DNA of 61,342 bases, the filler included, from Anaerolineae bacterium (GTDB lineage Bacteria; Chloroflexota; Anaerolineae; Epilineales; Epilineaceae), in NCBI GenBank assembly GCA_029262755.1. It is 6 parts of 6 records of this genome, joined end to end, with 100 filler letters (N's around TTAATTAATTAA, not from the genome) between each part and the next. Parts side by side here need not be neighbours in the genome. Positions count along the whole stretch, not along the records: positions 1 to 17,412 come from JAJCYU010000281.1; positions 17,513 to 23,388 come from JAJCYU010000285.1; 4 more parts are not named here. One strand, written 5' to 3'. The notes below the pieces were generated by a model. It had not been told where the DNA came from, searched no databases, and saw only the letters and a program-made list of their open reading frames with translations. This document shows positions 10,509-19,135 of this stretch, one piece after another. The position numbers and the translations under genes were made by a program. Positions within the stretch are counted from its first letter, which is position 1, and each line of letters begins with the position of its first letter.

Positions 10509-11065
10509 TCCAACGCAATGTTGCGTTTCGAAGTGCCGCGGATGCCACGAGCGCCGCGTTGAGCGCGCTTGCGCACGGGGATGAGGCGCGTGCACACGGC
10601 ACACAAGCAGCCAGCCTGGCCTACCTCGCTGCCCGCATGCGCCGACGCGGCCTGCGCCCGACGCCGACCGTCCGCGCAGACTTCGTGGAAGACCTGGAAC
10701 TCCGTTTGCTCGATGCGTTGCCGGCGCCTGCACACGCTCTGAGCACCTCCCCCACCACCGCGCCATTGATGCCATTCACGCGGGGAACCGAATTCCTCGG
10801 CTCGTGGCTGCTCGCCGCATCGCTCGCACTCGCGTTCGGAACCGCCGGTTGGCCGGCCGCACGGGACGGAATATTCGTTCCGGCAACGCACACACCGACG
10901 GTGCACGCCGCCCCGCGCACACCATCGCCGGAACCGCCACCGGTGTCGGGCCGGCCGAAGCCGCCGAAGCACCTCGCCTCCTCGGTCGTCGCGCTCGATC
11001 TCGCGGCACCGGAGCCGGCTCCGGTGCCGCGCAGCACGCCGCGGGCATCCGGTCGCAGCGGCTAG
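10505..11065 (+). CDS. Hypothetical single-TM protein, possible anti-sigma partner
   Basis: ATGA overlap with the sigma gene. One hydrophobic segment (WLLAASLALAFGTAGW) and a Pro-rich C-terminus. Confidence 0.55.
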   Translation: MIQRNVAFRSAADATSAALSALAHGDEARAHGTQAASLAYLAARMRRRGLRPTPTVRADFVEDLELRLLDALPAPAHALSTSPTTAPLMPFTRGTEFLGSWLLAASLALAFGTAGWPAARDGIFVPATHTPTVHAAPRTPSPEPPPVSGRPKPPKHLASSVVALDLAAPEPAPVPRSTPRASGRSG

Positions 11066-11151
11066 CGGCCATACGGGATGCGCCGGGGTGTGGATCAATC
11101 GCTTCGGCGTAAGGATGATCTCTCGGGACCCTGCGAAGCGGCACCTAGCGC

Positions 11152-12564
11152 CTAGCGCTCCGCGTTGGGCGTCGGTGGATCGCTAGCAGGAACGGGCATC
11201 CCGCCGCGCGCAGCCCAAGCTTCCCGCACATCGCCTGCCAAGAAGATCGATCCCGTGGCTACGATGACGGCGCCTACCGGTGCACGATCCAGCGCATGGT
11301 CCAGCGCGGCCGCGGGTGATGCCGCCACCCGAACGAATCGACTTACATGCTGCGCTGCCGTGTGATCGCGCACCGCGTGCTCGATATCGCGGGCGGGAAA
11401 GGCCTTCGGGTGATCGGCGCGGGCCGCGATTACCTTCACCGCTCCGGGCAGAAGTGCGTCCAGCACGCCGGCGAGATCTTTGCCCCTCCCGGCACCCAGA
11501 ATCAGCCAGCGGGGCGCGTCGGGAACGTGCACGTCAAGTGCCTCGACGAGGGCCCTAGCGGCGTGTGGATTATGCGCCCCATCAATCACGAGTAGGCCGT
11601 CGCGCGGACCACCGGCACTCCCGCCGGTCACGAAGGTCTCGAAGCGAGCGGGCCATCGCGCAGCGGCGAGGCCGGCGAAGAGATCTCGCTCGCCCACCGA
11701 CCAACCCAAACGCGCAAGCGTGGCGATCACAGCCGTCGCGGTAGCAGCGTTCTCACGTTGATACAGGCCGACCATTCCCAAATTGGGCCGAATCTCCCGT
11801 GACCAACCGGAGGGCGTAGTGTCGCCCAAGTCGATGACGGTACGCCGAGCGCCCCCGCCCGCATCCTCGTCTCGCCAACGCACATCACGTCCCACGACCG
11901 TGAGAGGGCATGCGAGACGTCCGGCCTCCGCTTCGATGACCGTGGCGGCCTCTTCGACCTGCGAGGAGCTCACGACGGGAACGCCGGGCCGAAAAATACC
12001 GACCTTGTCCGAGCTGATCTGACGAATCGTATCGCCGAGGATCGCACGGTGGTCCAACCCGATCGGCGTCAACACAGAGACGACCGGCCGCACGATGCGC
12101 GTCGTATCGAGACGTCCGCCGAGACCGACCTCGATGACCGCAATGTCGACCGCGGATTCCGCGAAATGATCGCATGCCAAGGCAGTGAGGGCCTCGAAGG
12201 TCGTGAGCTCCGGCTCTGCATCGAGTATGGGTGCTCTATGCTGCAACCAGGCGATCACCTCATCCTCGCCGATCGGGACTCCGTTCACCTGAACGCGTTC
12301 GCGCACCGTATGTACATGCGGCGACGTGAACAGCCCGACACGCAGCCCCGCTTCCCGCAAGCACGCGGCCACCATCGCGCAGGTTGAGCCCTTCCCGTTG
12401 GTTCCGCCAACGTGGACGGCAGGCCACCGGTCCTGCGGGCGCCCCATGTGCTCGAGGACGCGCTCGATTCGCGCCAACTCGAATGTGAACGGGGTTCCCG
12501 GTGGACGGGTCTCCCAGTTCGCAAATCCGTAGAGGCGGTCGAGCGCCCATTGCCATTGGCTCAT
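11152..12564 (-). CDS. folC: Folylpolyglutamate synthase / dihydrofolate synthase
   Basis: HVGGTNGKGS P-loop, FTSPH, EVGLGGRLDTT, IGLDH, DGAHNP. Likely start is the ATG at 12564 (MSQWQW), not the longer ORF-track start. Confidence 0.93.
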   Translation of the reverse strand: MSQWQWALDRLYGFANWETRPPGTPFTFELARIERVLEHMGRPQDRWPAVHVGGTNGKGSTCAMVAACLREAGLRVGLFTSPHVHTVRERVQVNGVPIGEDEVIAWLQHRAPILDAEPELTTFEALTALACDHFAESAVDIAVIEVGLGGRLDTTRIVRPVVSVLTPIGLDHRAILGDTIRQISSDKVGIFRPGVPVVSSSQVEEAATVIEAEAGRLACPLTVVGRDVRWRDEDAGGGARRTVIDLGDTTPSGWSREIRPNLGMVGLYQRENAATATAVIATLARLGWSVGERDLFAGLAAARWPARFETFVTGGSAGGPRDGLLVIDGAHNPHAARALVEALDVHVPDAPRWLILGAGRGKDLAGVLDALLPGAVKVIAARADHPKAFPARDIEHAVRDHTAAQHVSRFVRVAASPAAALDHALDRAPVGAVIVATGSIFLAGDVREAWAARGGMPVPASDPPTPNAER

Positions 12565-12715
12565 GATCGCGCGATTGTAGCAGCGCAGGGGCAGCCTCCT
12601 AGCGACGGCGGCCCCCTTTGTTGTCCAAGAACGTAGGAGCCTCCGCAATTCTCTTTGCCGCGTGCGGCCCACCGAGGATCGCCCGTGGGTGGCCGCTTTG
12701 CTACCATCCCCCGCC

Positions 12716-14374
12716 ATGAGCCTATTTCGCTGCGCGCCCTCGATTGCAACGCCCGCCTCATCACGAGTCGCGCGCTCTGGTCCTATTGGCATTCCAATTC
12801 CGCTACGGCTTGGTCTCGTAAGCGCGCTCGTTGTCGGGCTCGCTGCGTGCGCGTCCGCGCCCTTGCTTTGGGGGCTGGACGTCTCGCCAAGCGCGATTAC
12901 GCCGAACCGCGACGGTGACCGTGATGTCGCCCGCATCCGCTACCACATCGGCCGTCCTGCACGGGTCCAGGTGGAGCTCGAAGCTTCCGACGGCACGGTG
13001 TTCGTCGTGCGCGAGGACAAGCCGCGCGCACCAGACGACGAGTCCTATGAGATTCTGTTCGGCGGCGTGTTGGGCGAGCGCATGCTCCCCGACGGCGACT
13101 ATGAGCTACGCATTCGCGCCTCCCCGCTCGATGGCGGACCTGACGAAACGGAGCGCGCGACGCTGCAAATCCACGACGGTGATGCGGAGCCGCCCTCGCT
13201 CGGTGGATTCAGCGTACAACCGTCTCGATTTACACCGAATCAGGACGGGCTGGACGACCGGGTAGCCATCAGCTACCGACTCGACGAACCAGCCGAGATG
13301 AGCCTGCGTTTGCTCACCGAAGACGGGGAATGGGTTGCGGACATCCTCGAGAGCCTCAAATCAGCCAGCGAGCCCGGAGAGCCGGGCCCCCACGTCTACG
13401 ACTACGACGCGGGCGTCGATGCCGACGCACCCCCACCGCCGGATGGGCGATACCTTGTGGAAGCGGTGGCGCGCGACAGCTCCGGCAATGTCGCGCGCGC
13501 GTCCCGGCCGCTTGAGATCGCGAACGGAGGACGGCCGCGCGCGGCTCTCATGGGCGACGTACAGTGGAGCGCTCGGCGTCTCGTGATCGGGGAGACGTTG
13601 CGCTTCACGGCAACGGTAAAAAACGTCGGCGGGACTCCGATTCGAACCCGGGGCCCGGAGCCGGGTTTCGTGTATTCGGAGTCCGCGACCTTCAACCAAT
13701 CGGCGCCACCCGGATTCTTGCTCTTGACGCGAACCGAGGACGGCCGCGTGGCCAGCCTGCTCGTTCCGCCCGATGCGGGATCCGTGCGCTTGGAGGTGGC
13801 GAAACCGGATGGTGCTCCCGTGCCCTCGCCGCGTTGGCCCAACCAAGACGCGGAAACGTCCGATCCGATCACGAGGACGGGCCGGACGGTATCGCTATGC
13901 GGGGTCGTGGTCGACGCGGTCGACCAGCGCCCGATTGAAGGCGTGACCGTTCACGCGTTCCAGTCCGACGGCGACAAGGGCCAGGCCGAGGTGACGGACG
14001 AGCACGGTGCGTTTTGCTACGACGCCCTGTCCTTGGCGGAGCCGCACGCGCTCAACTACGCCCGGAGCCCCGGCGCTTTGCGCATCGGCGTTGAACACGA
14101 CGCACGTCGCGGCGACGTCGATCATCCGTGGCGATGGCAGGTGGGCCCCACCACCGCGCTGCATGCCTGCGAGGCGGAGCGAGAAACGTATCTGTGCTTG
14201 CCACCCGGAACGACCGTCACGGTCGGGGGCGGTATTCGCTTTGATGAGCCCATCTTCGGCACCACGTTTCAGATGTGGCTCACCCTCATGCATGAAGACG
14301 TGCGCCGGATGCACGGTCCCTATCAGCCCGAACAGCTCTTTCTGGACTATGGACCCAGCGACCTGACGCCGTGA
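12716..14374 (+). CDS. Secreted lipoprotein with two FlgD-Ig-like repeats
   Basis: Lipobox-like VGLAAC. Two repeats, SPSAITPNRDGDRDVARIRY and SVQPSRFTPNQDGLDDRVAISY, each followed by PDGxY. Start uncertain. Confidence 0.65.
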   Translation: MSLFRCAPSIATPASSRVARSGPIGIPIPLRLGLVSALVVGLAACASAPLLWGLDVSPSAITPNRDGDRDVARIRYHIGRPARVQVELEASDGTVFVVREDKPRAPDDESYEILFGGVLGERMLPDGDYELRIRASPLDGGPDETERATLQIHDGDAEPPSLGGFSVQPSRFTPNQDGLDDRVAISYRLDEPAEMSLRLLTEDGEWVADILESLKSASEPGEPGPHVYDYDAGVDADAPPPPDGRYLVEAVARDSSGNVARASRPLEIANGGRPRAALMGDVQWSARRLVIGETLRFTATVKNVGGTPIRTRGPEPGFVYSESATFNQSAPPGFLLLTRTEDGRVASLLVPPDAGSVRLEVAKPDGAPVPSPRWPNQDAETSDPITRTGRTVSLCGVVVDAVDQRPIEGVTVHAFQSDGDKGQAEVTDEHGAFCYDALSLAEPHALNYARSPGALRIGVEHDARRGDVDHPWRWQVGPTTALHACEAERETYLCLPPGTTVTVGGGIRFDEPIFGTTFQMWLTLMHEDVRRMHGPYQPEQLFLDYGPSDLTP

Positions 14375-15426
14375 CCGTGGACGAGGCCTACGCCGCCGCT
14401 GCGCCCGAATTGGGTGTCGTCATCGTCAGCTTCAATACGCGCGACGTGCTCGCCGAGTGCCTTGACGCGCTGCACGTCGCGCTGTCGCAGGCCGATTTCG
14501 TGGCCAGCGACGACCGCGACCCAAACCCGTCCAGCCAATCGAGTTCCGCAAGCCCGCATGCTCCCCTTGCCTGCACCTGGGTTGTAGACAATGGCTCCAA
14601 GGACGGCAGCGCCGACATGGTCGAGCGCGCGCATCCCTGGGTGCGGCTCGTGCAGGCGGGAGCCAACCTAGGCTTCACCGCTGCCAACAACAGGATCCTG
14701 GAACCATGGATCCGGCGCGGGGATTGTCCGCGATACGTGTTGCTGCTCAATCCAGACGCCGTGCTCGATGCGAACGCAATCACAATCCTGCGTGCCGCGA
14801 TGGACGCGCTGCCCAGGGCCGCCGCCGTGGGACCGAGTCTGCGCTACGCGGACGGGCGCTTCCAACATGCCGCGTTCCGGTTTCCCGGTCTCGTCCAGAC
14901 GGCGTTGGATTTGTGGCCGATTCCCCGACTGCAAGACTCGCGGTGGAACGGACGATATTCCATGCAGATGTACGAGGGCGGCGAGCCATTCCGCGTCGAT
15001 ACGATCCTCGGAGCGTGTATGTTCATTCGAGGCGCGGCCCTAGAGGAGATCGGCCGCTTGGACGAAGGCTACTTTATGTACTGCGAGGAGCTCGACTGGT
15101 GTCGCAGAGCCGAGCGCGCAGGCTGGGACGTCTACTGCGCTCCGCTCGCGGGCGCTGTCCACTACGCCGGCGCCAGCAGCGGACAGTTTCGCGAGCATAG
15201 CTTCCTGCACCTTTGGCGCAGCCGGCTACGCTACGCGGAACGTCATCTGCCCCCGTGGCGACGACGCGCCGTACGCGCGATGTTGCAGCTTGGACTCACG
15301 CAGCGCGCGCGGCTGGAGCGGGCAGAGGTGGAGGCCGGGGCGCTGAGCGAGCCGGACCGCATTCGAAGGGCGGCCGCATACCGTTCGTTACTCCGTGATT
15401 CTGTCCCGCCCCGCAGCGCACCGTGA
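14371..15426 (+). CDS. Glycosyltransferase family 2
   Basis: VVIVSFN, VVDNGSKDGS, NLGFTAANN, LLLNPD, YFMYCEELDWC. Overlaps neighbours by 4 nt. Confidence 0.92.
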   Translation: MTVDEAYAAAAPELGVVIVSFNTRDVLAECLDALHVALSQADFVASDDRDPNPSSQSSSASPHAPLACTWVVDNGSKDGSADMVERAHPWVRLVQAGANLGFTAANNRILEPWIRRGDCPRYVLLLNPDAVLDANAITILRAAMDALPRAAAVGPSLRYADGRFQHAAFRFPGLVQTALDLWPIPRLQDSRWNGRYSMQMYEGGEPFRVDTILGACMFIRGAALEEIGRLDEGYFMYCEELDWCRRAERAGWDVYCAPLAGAVHYAGASSGQFREHSFLHLWRSRLRYAERHLPPWRRRAVRAMLQLGLTQRARLERAEVEAGALSEPDRIRRAAAYRSLLRDSVPPRSAP

Positions 15427-16250
15427 CCCGCGTGGGCCCGACGGAGCTCGGGCAGGCTGCGCGCTTCGGTCGTCCAGCCGCGACATCGGCGCGTTCCTTG
15501 AGCGTAATCGTGCTGACGCTCAACGAAGAACGCCATCTGCCCGCGTGTCTTGCCAGCCTACGCTGGGCGGAACACGTGCTGGTCTTCGACTCTGGTAGCA
15601 CGGACCGAACGGCTGAGATCGCCCTCTCTGCAGGCGCCATGATGCAGGTGCATCCGTTCGAGAACTATTCGCGTCAACGCCAGGCCGCGTTGGAAGCGGT
15701 CGCCAGCGAGTGGGTGTTGTTCATCGACGCGGACGAGCGTGTGCCACTTTCGCTTGCAGCCGAGATCCAGGCGGCACTGCGCGACCCGCAACACAATGCC
15801 TATTGGATTCCGCGGCGCAATGTGTTTTGGGGTCATGCGATGCGCGGAGGCGGCTGGTGGCCCGATCGGCAGCTGCGCCTGCTGCGGCGCGACGCGAGCC
15901 GCTACGACCCGACCCGCGCCGTTCACGAGCTGGCGGAAGTCACCGGCAGCTGCGGCGCATTGACCGTTGCCATGGATCACATCAACTACGAGTCCCCGAA
16001 AGAGTTTCGGGCAAAGCAGCGCTCCTACCTCGCGTTGGAGTCCGATCGGCGCATTGCAGCAGGCCGGCGGCCAAAAACCCGCGCGTTCGTGCTGCAACCG
16101 GCCCGCGAGTTTCTTCGCCGCTACGTACATCTGGGCGGCTGGCGGGACGGGACGGTCGGCGCGTACGTATGCGCCCTCATGGCATGGTACGAGCTACGGA
16201 CCTTGCTGGCTCAACGTGCCGCTTTGCGCAAAGGGCTCATCAAACAATAG
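15423..16250 (+). CDS. Glycosyltransferase family 2 (beta-1,4-glucosyltransferase-like)
   Basis: VIVLTLNEE, DSGSTDRT, WVLFIDADE, WWPDRQLRL, VHE. Confidence 0.9.
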   Translation: MTRVGPTELGQAARFGRPAATSARSLSVIVLTLNEERHLPACLASLRWAEHVLVFDSGSTDRTAEIALSAGAMMQVHPFENYSRQRQAALEAVASEWVLFIDADERVPLSLAAEIQAALRDPQHNAYWIPRRNVFWGHAMRGGGWWPDRQLRLLRRDASRYDPTRAVHELAEVTGSCGALTVAMDHINYESPKEFRAKQRSYLALESDRRIAAGRRPKTRAFVLQPAREFLRRYVHLGGWRDGTVGAYVCALMAWYELRTLLAQRAALRKGLIKQ

Positions 16251-16390
16251 CAGGCGCTATTGGGCCACCGCTAGACTGCCCCAGCGCCCCGCTGCTCCTC
16301 AGCAATGGCGCTGCCATTACCTCGTCACCGCGAACCACTGGAACAGCCAAGCCGCGCCCTCGGTAGTTGCCTCTTATTGCTTGACGAGCC

Positions 16391-16843
16391 CTAAGGGCTC
16401 AGGATCTCCCATCCCTCGTCGATGAGCCGGGCCAACTCATCGCGTGTCGCGCGATAGTCCGAGAGGCTGCCGCCGACCGGATCCGCAATATCCCAACGGC
16501 CGCCCGCCAGACTGCTCATCTGACATAGGATTCCGGCCGCCCACGGGAATTCGGCGGCGAGCGCCTCCACGTGCCCCGCGGTCATGGCGAGGACGAGGTC
16601 TGCGGCGCGCATGTGGGCCTCGTCCACCAGCTCGGACTGGAAGGCTGGAAGGCTCAACCCAATCTCTGCAAGCGCCGTGGTTGCGTGCGGCGTCGGGGGC
16701 TGGCCTGTCACGGCCCACGTCCCCGCGGACCGAACCTCGAGCGTCTGGTGCCCGTTGGCGAGTGCTCGGTCTCGAACGATCGCCTCGGCCATCGGGGAAC
16801 GGCAGCGGTTGGCCGTGCACACGACCAACACCGTGCGGCTCAA
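16391..16843 (-). CDS. Low-molecular-weight protein (Tyr/Arg) phosphatase
   Basis: P-loop VCTANRCRSPMAE and general-acid motif IADP. TTG start overlaps the hpf stop. Confidence 0.9.
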   Translation of the reverse strand: MSRTVLVVCTANRCRSPMAEAIVRDRALANGHQTLEVRSAGTWAVTGQPPTPHATTALAEIGLSLPAFQSELVDEAHMRAADLVLAMTAGHVEALAAEFPWAAGILCQMSSLAGGRWDIADPVGGSLSDYRATRDELARLIDEGWEILSP

Positions 16844-17391
16844 GCGTTGATGGGCTCGATCAGGCCAAGCCCGCCGTCCTGCCGACGGTAGAGCAGGCGA
16901 ACCGCGCCGTCGTCCGGATCGCGATAGAGAAAGAAATCGTGGCCGAGCAAATCGATCTGCTCGACGGCCTCCTCTTCGTCCATCGCATAGACTTCGAATC
17001 GCTTGCGACGCACAACGCGGGGCGCCTCTTCCTCGTCCGCCTCGAGCTCCGGCTCGTCAAAGATCGGCACGGGTTTGCCGTGATCGTGCCACCGATCGAC
17101 CCGCCGATCCTTATAGCGCTTGATCTGACGATGAAGCTTGTCCGCGGCCAAGTCGATTGCCGCGAGCAGATCGGGGTGCATCTCCTCCGAACGCAGGATC
17201 TTTCGATCGACGAACGCGGTCATCTGCGCCGTGTAAACCTCACCCTGACTGCGGGTGCTTCCGTGCCGTAAATCTACTCTTGTGGCGTGAATGTCCTTCA
17301 GATAGCGCTCAAGCTTGCCGATTTTCTTTTCGACATGCTCGCGTACTCGTGGTGTCAGCTCGACGTTTCGTCCTTGAAGTTCTACGTCCAT
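16840..17391 (-). CDS. hpf: Ribosome hibernation promoting factor (long HPF/RaiA)
   Basis: N-terminal GRNVELTPRVREHVEKKIGKL, C-terminal S30AE-type domain (MDEEEAVEQIDLLGHDFFLY...LYRRQDG). Confidence 0.93.
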   Translation of the reverse strand: MDVELQGRNVELTPRVREHVEKKIGKLERYLKDIHATRVDLRHGSTRSQGEVYTAQMTAFVDRKILRSEEMHPDLLAAIDLAADKLHRQIKRYKDRRVDRWHDHGKPVPIFDEPELEADEEEAPRVVRRKRFEVYAMDEEEAVEQIDLLGHDFFLYRDPDDGAVRLLYRRQDGGLGLIEPINA

Positions 17392-17412
17392 GCCGGATTC
17401 ACGCTCCGCTCT

Positions 17413-17512
17413 NNNNNNNNNNNNNNNNNNNNNNNNNNNNNNNNNNNNNNNNNNNNTTAATTAATTAANNNNNNNNNNNNNNNNNNNNNNNNNNNNNNNN
17501 NNNNNNNNNNNN
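17413..17512. other. Artificial contig spacer
   Basis: 44 N + TTAATTAATTAA (stops in all six frames) + 44 N. Confidence 0.98.
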
Positions 17513-18651
17513 CGGCCGCCGGCGTCGAGATCGGCGAGCAGCGCGCTTAGTGCCGCGGCCGTCGCCTCCTCGTCTTCGGGCGGCATCACGCGGCCGAGGT
17601 TCTCGGTGCGCACCAGATCGGCGAGCACGTCGCCTTCGGTGACCAGCAGCGGCAGGCCCGCCCACAGCGCGTCGAGCAGGCGCGTCCGGAACGCGAACCG
17701 CGTCTCGACGTGCGGCAGGTGCGTGCTCACCGCCACGTCCGCTTCGAGCAGCCAGCCGCCACGCTCTTCGTAGGGCACCCAACCGTCGTTGAAGTGCACG
17801 ACGTGACCGGTCAGGCCCAGCTGGTCTGATAGCGCCCGGGCCTTGGCGGCCATCGTCTGCTTCGGTTGGTAGAGGCTCGGCGTGGCGGTTCCCAGGAACA
17901 CGAGGCGAAGATCGTCGCGGACATCCGCCACGCGGCGCACGGCGCGCAGCAAGGTGAGCGGATCGAACCAATCCCAAATTCCGCCGCCCCACAGCAGGAT
18001 GTGATCATCGGGCCCGATGCCGGGCAGCACGCCACGCATCACCGGCGTCGGAGCCGGCCGCGGCGGCGTATCCGGCAGGCCGAAGGGCGCGAGATCGATC
18101 AACCTGCGCAGCGAGGGATCGTCGTCATAGGTGGACGGATTGATGCGGTCCAAGGCGGTGAGGCAGCCCAACCAATAATCCCGCTGGGGCTCGCTGGCGC
18201 AAAGAAAGAAGTCGCCTCGCCGCAGCTGGTCGACCAGCGCCGCGAGATCGGTCGTATGCGCGCGTGTCCGGCCCGAGCGCGTCTCGTCGAGCCGCGCGTG
18301 CAGGTTCTCCAGGACGAAGGGATCGTAGAGGTCGACGACTACGGGCAGGTCCATCGCGGCCAGAAACGGATATTGCGCCAAGGTCATGCCTTGCACGAGG
18401 ACCGCGGAAGCCCCGGCCGCGGCGTCGCGCAGGCCGCCGCCCCGCACGTCGAAGGCGTGCAGCGCGAACGGCGCCGTGATGTCGATCGCGCCCGGCGCAG
18501 CCAATGCAACGGGCAGGCCGCGCCGATGCAGCGCATGGGCCATCTCCCACGACCGGATGCTCGGCCCGGCCATACGCGCACCGATCTTGTCGCCGCAGAC
18601 GATCAGCAGCGGCCGGTCGGTCGCGTTCGCTGCGTCGTTGGTGACACCCAC
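17513..18651 (-). CDS. Glycosyltransferase (GT4-like), 3'-truncated at contig end
   Basis: MAGPSIRSWEMA, VVDLYDP, LWGGGIWDWFDP, ETRFAFRTRLLDALWAGLP. Runs into the spacer. GTG start inferred. Confidence 0.8.
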
Positions 18652-18766
18652 GTTCCTGGTTTCTGTCGTGGCGCCCAAAGTCGACCCCCGGTTGCGCGCG
18701 AGCCGGTGCGCTCGTGGCGGAGGGGATGATAGTGCAATCCCGCTTGCGCCGGCGCCCAGCTCGAGC

Positions 18767-18877
18767 CTATCGGAACCAGTACACGAGCACCGCACCGACG
18801 GCGAGCAGTATTGCGCTCAGCGCAAGCATCACGATGAAGGTTCGGGGCGAACGGGCGCGCAGGTGGCGAAGGTGCAT
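18767..18877 (-). CDS. 36-aa single-pass membrane microprotein (not in ORF track)
   Basis: Read by hand: MHLRHLRARSPRTFIVMLALSAILLAVGAVLVYWFR*. AGGAG 6 nt before the ATG. Basic N-terminus plus a ~20-aa hydrophobic helix. Confidence 0.6.
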   Translation of the reverse strand: MHLRHLRARSPRTFIVMLALSAILLAVGAVLVYWFR

Positions 18878-19135
18878 GACGGACTCCTGGGTGCAGCGGC
18901 GATACTCGATCCGCGGGATTGTTGGCGGGGTCGATGGTAGGTACGCCTATAGGCTCACACGGTCGCGGACGTTTCGAACGTTGGAGCTCGCCCGTCGCGC
19001 GGCCGGGATGGCACGTCCCAACTTCGGCTCGCGCATTGATCGTCTTTGACGGCGGCCTGTACCGACTGTGATTCGGCGCCGCAAGCTTGGATCGCAGTCT
19101 TGGGAAGCAGCTCGGGATGCACGCCTACGACCCCA

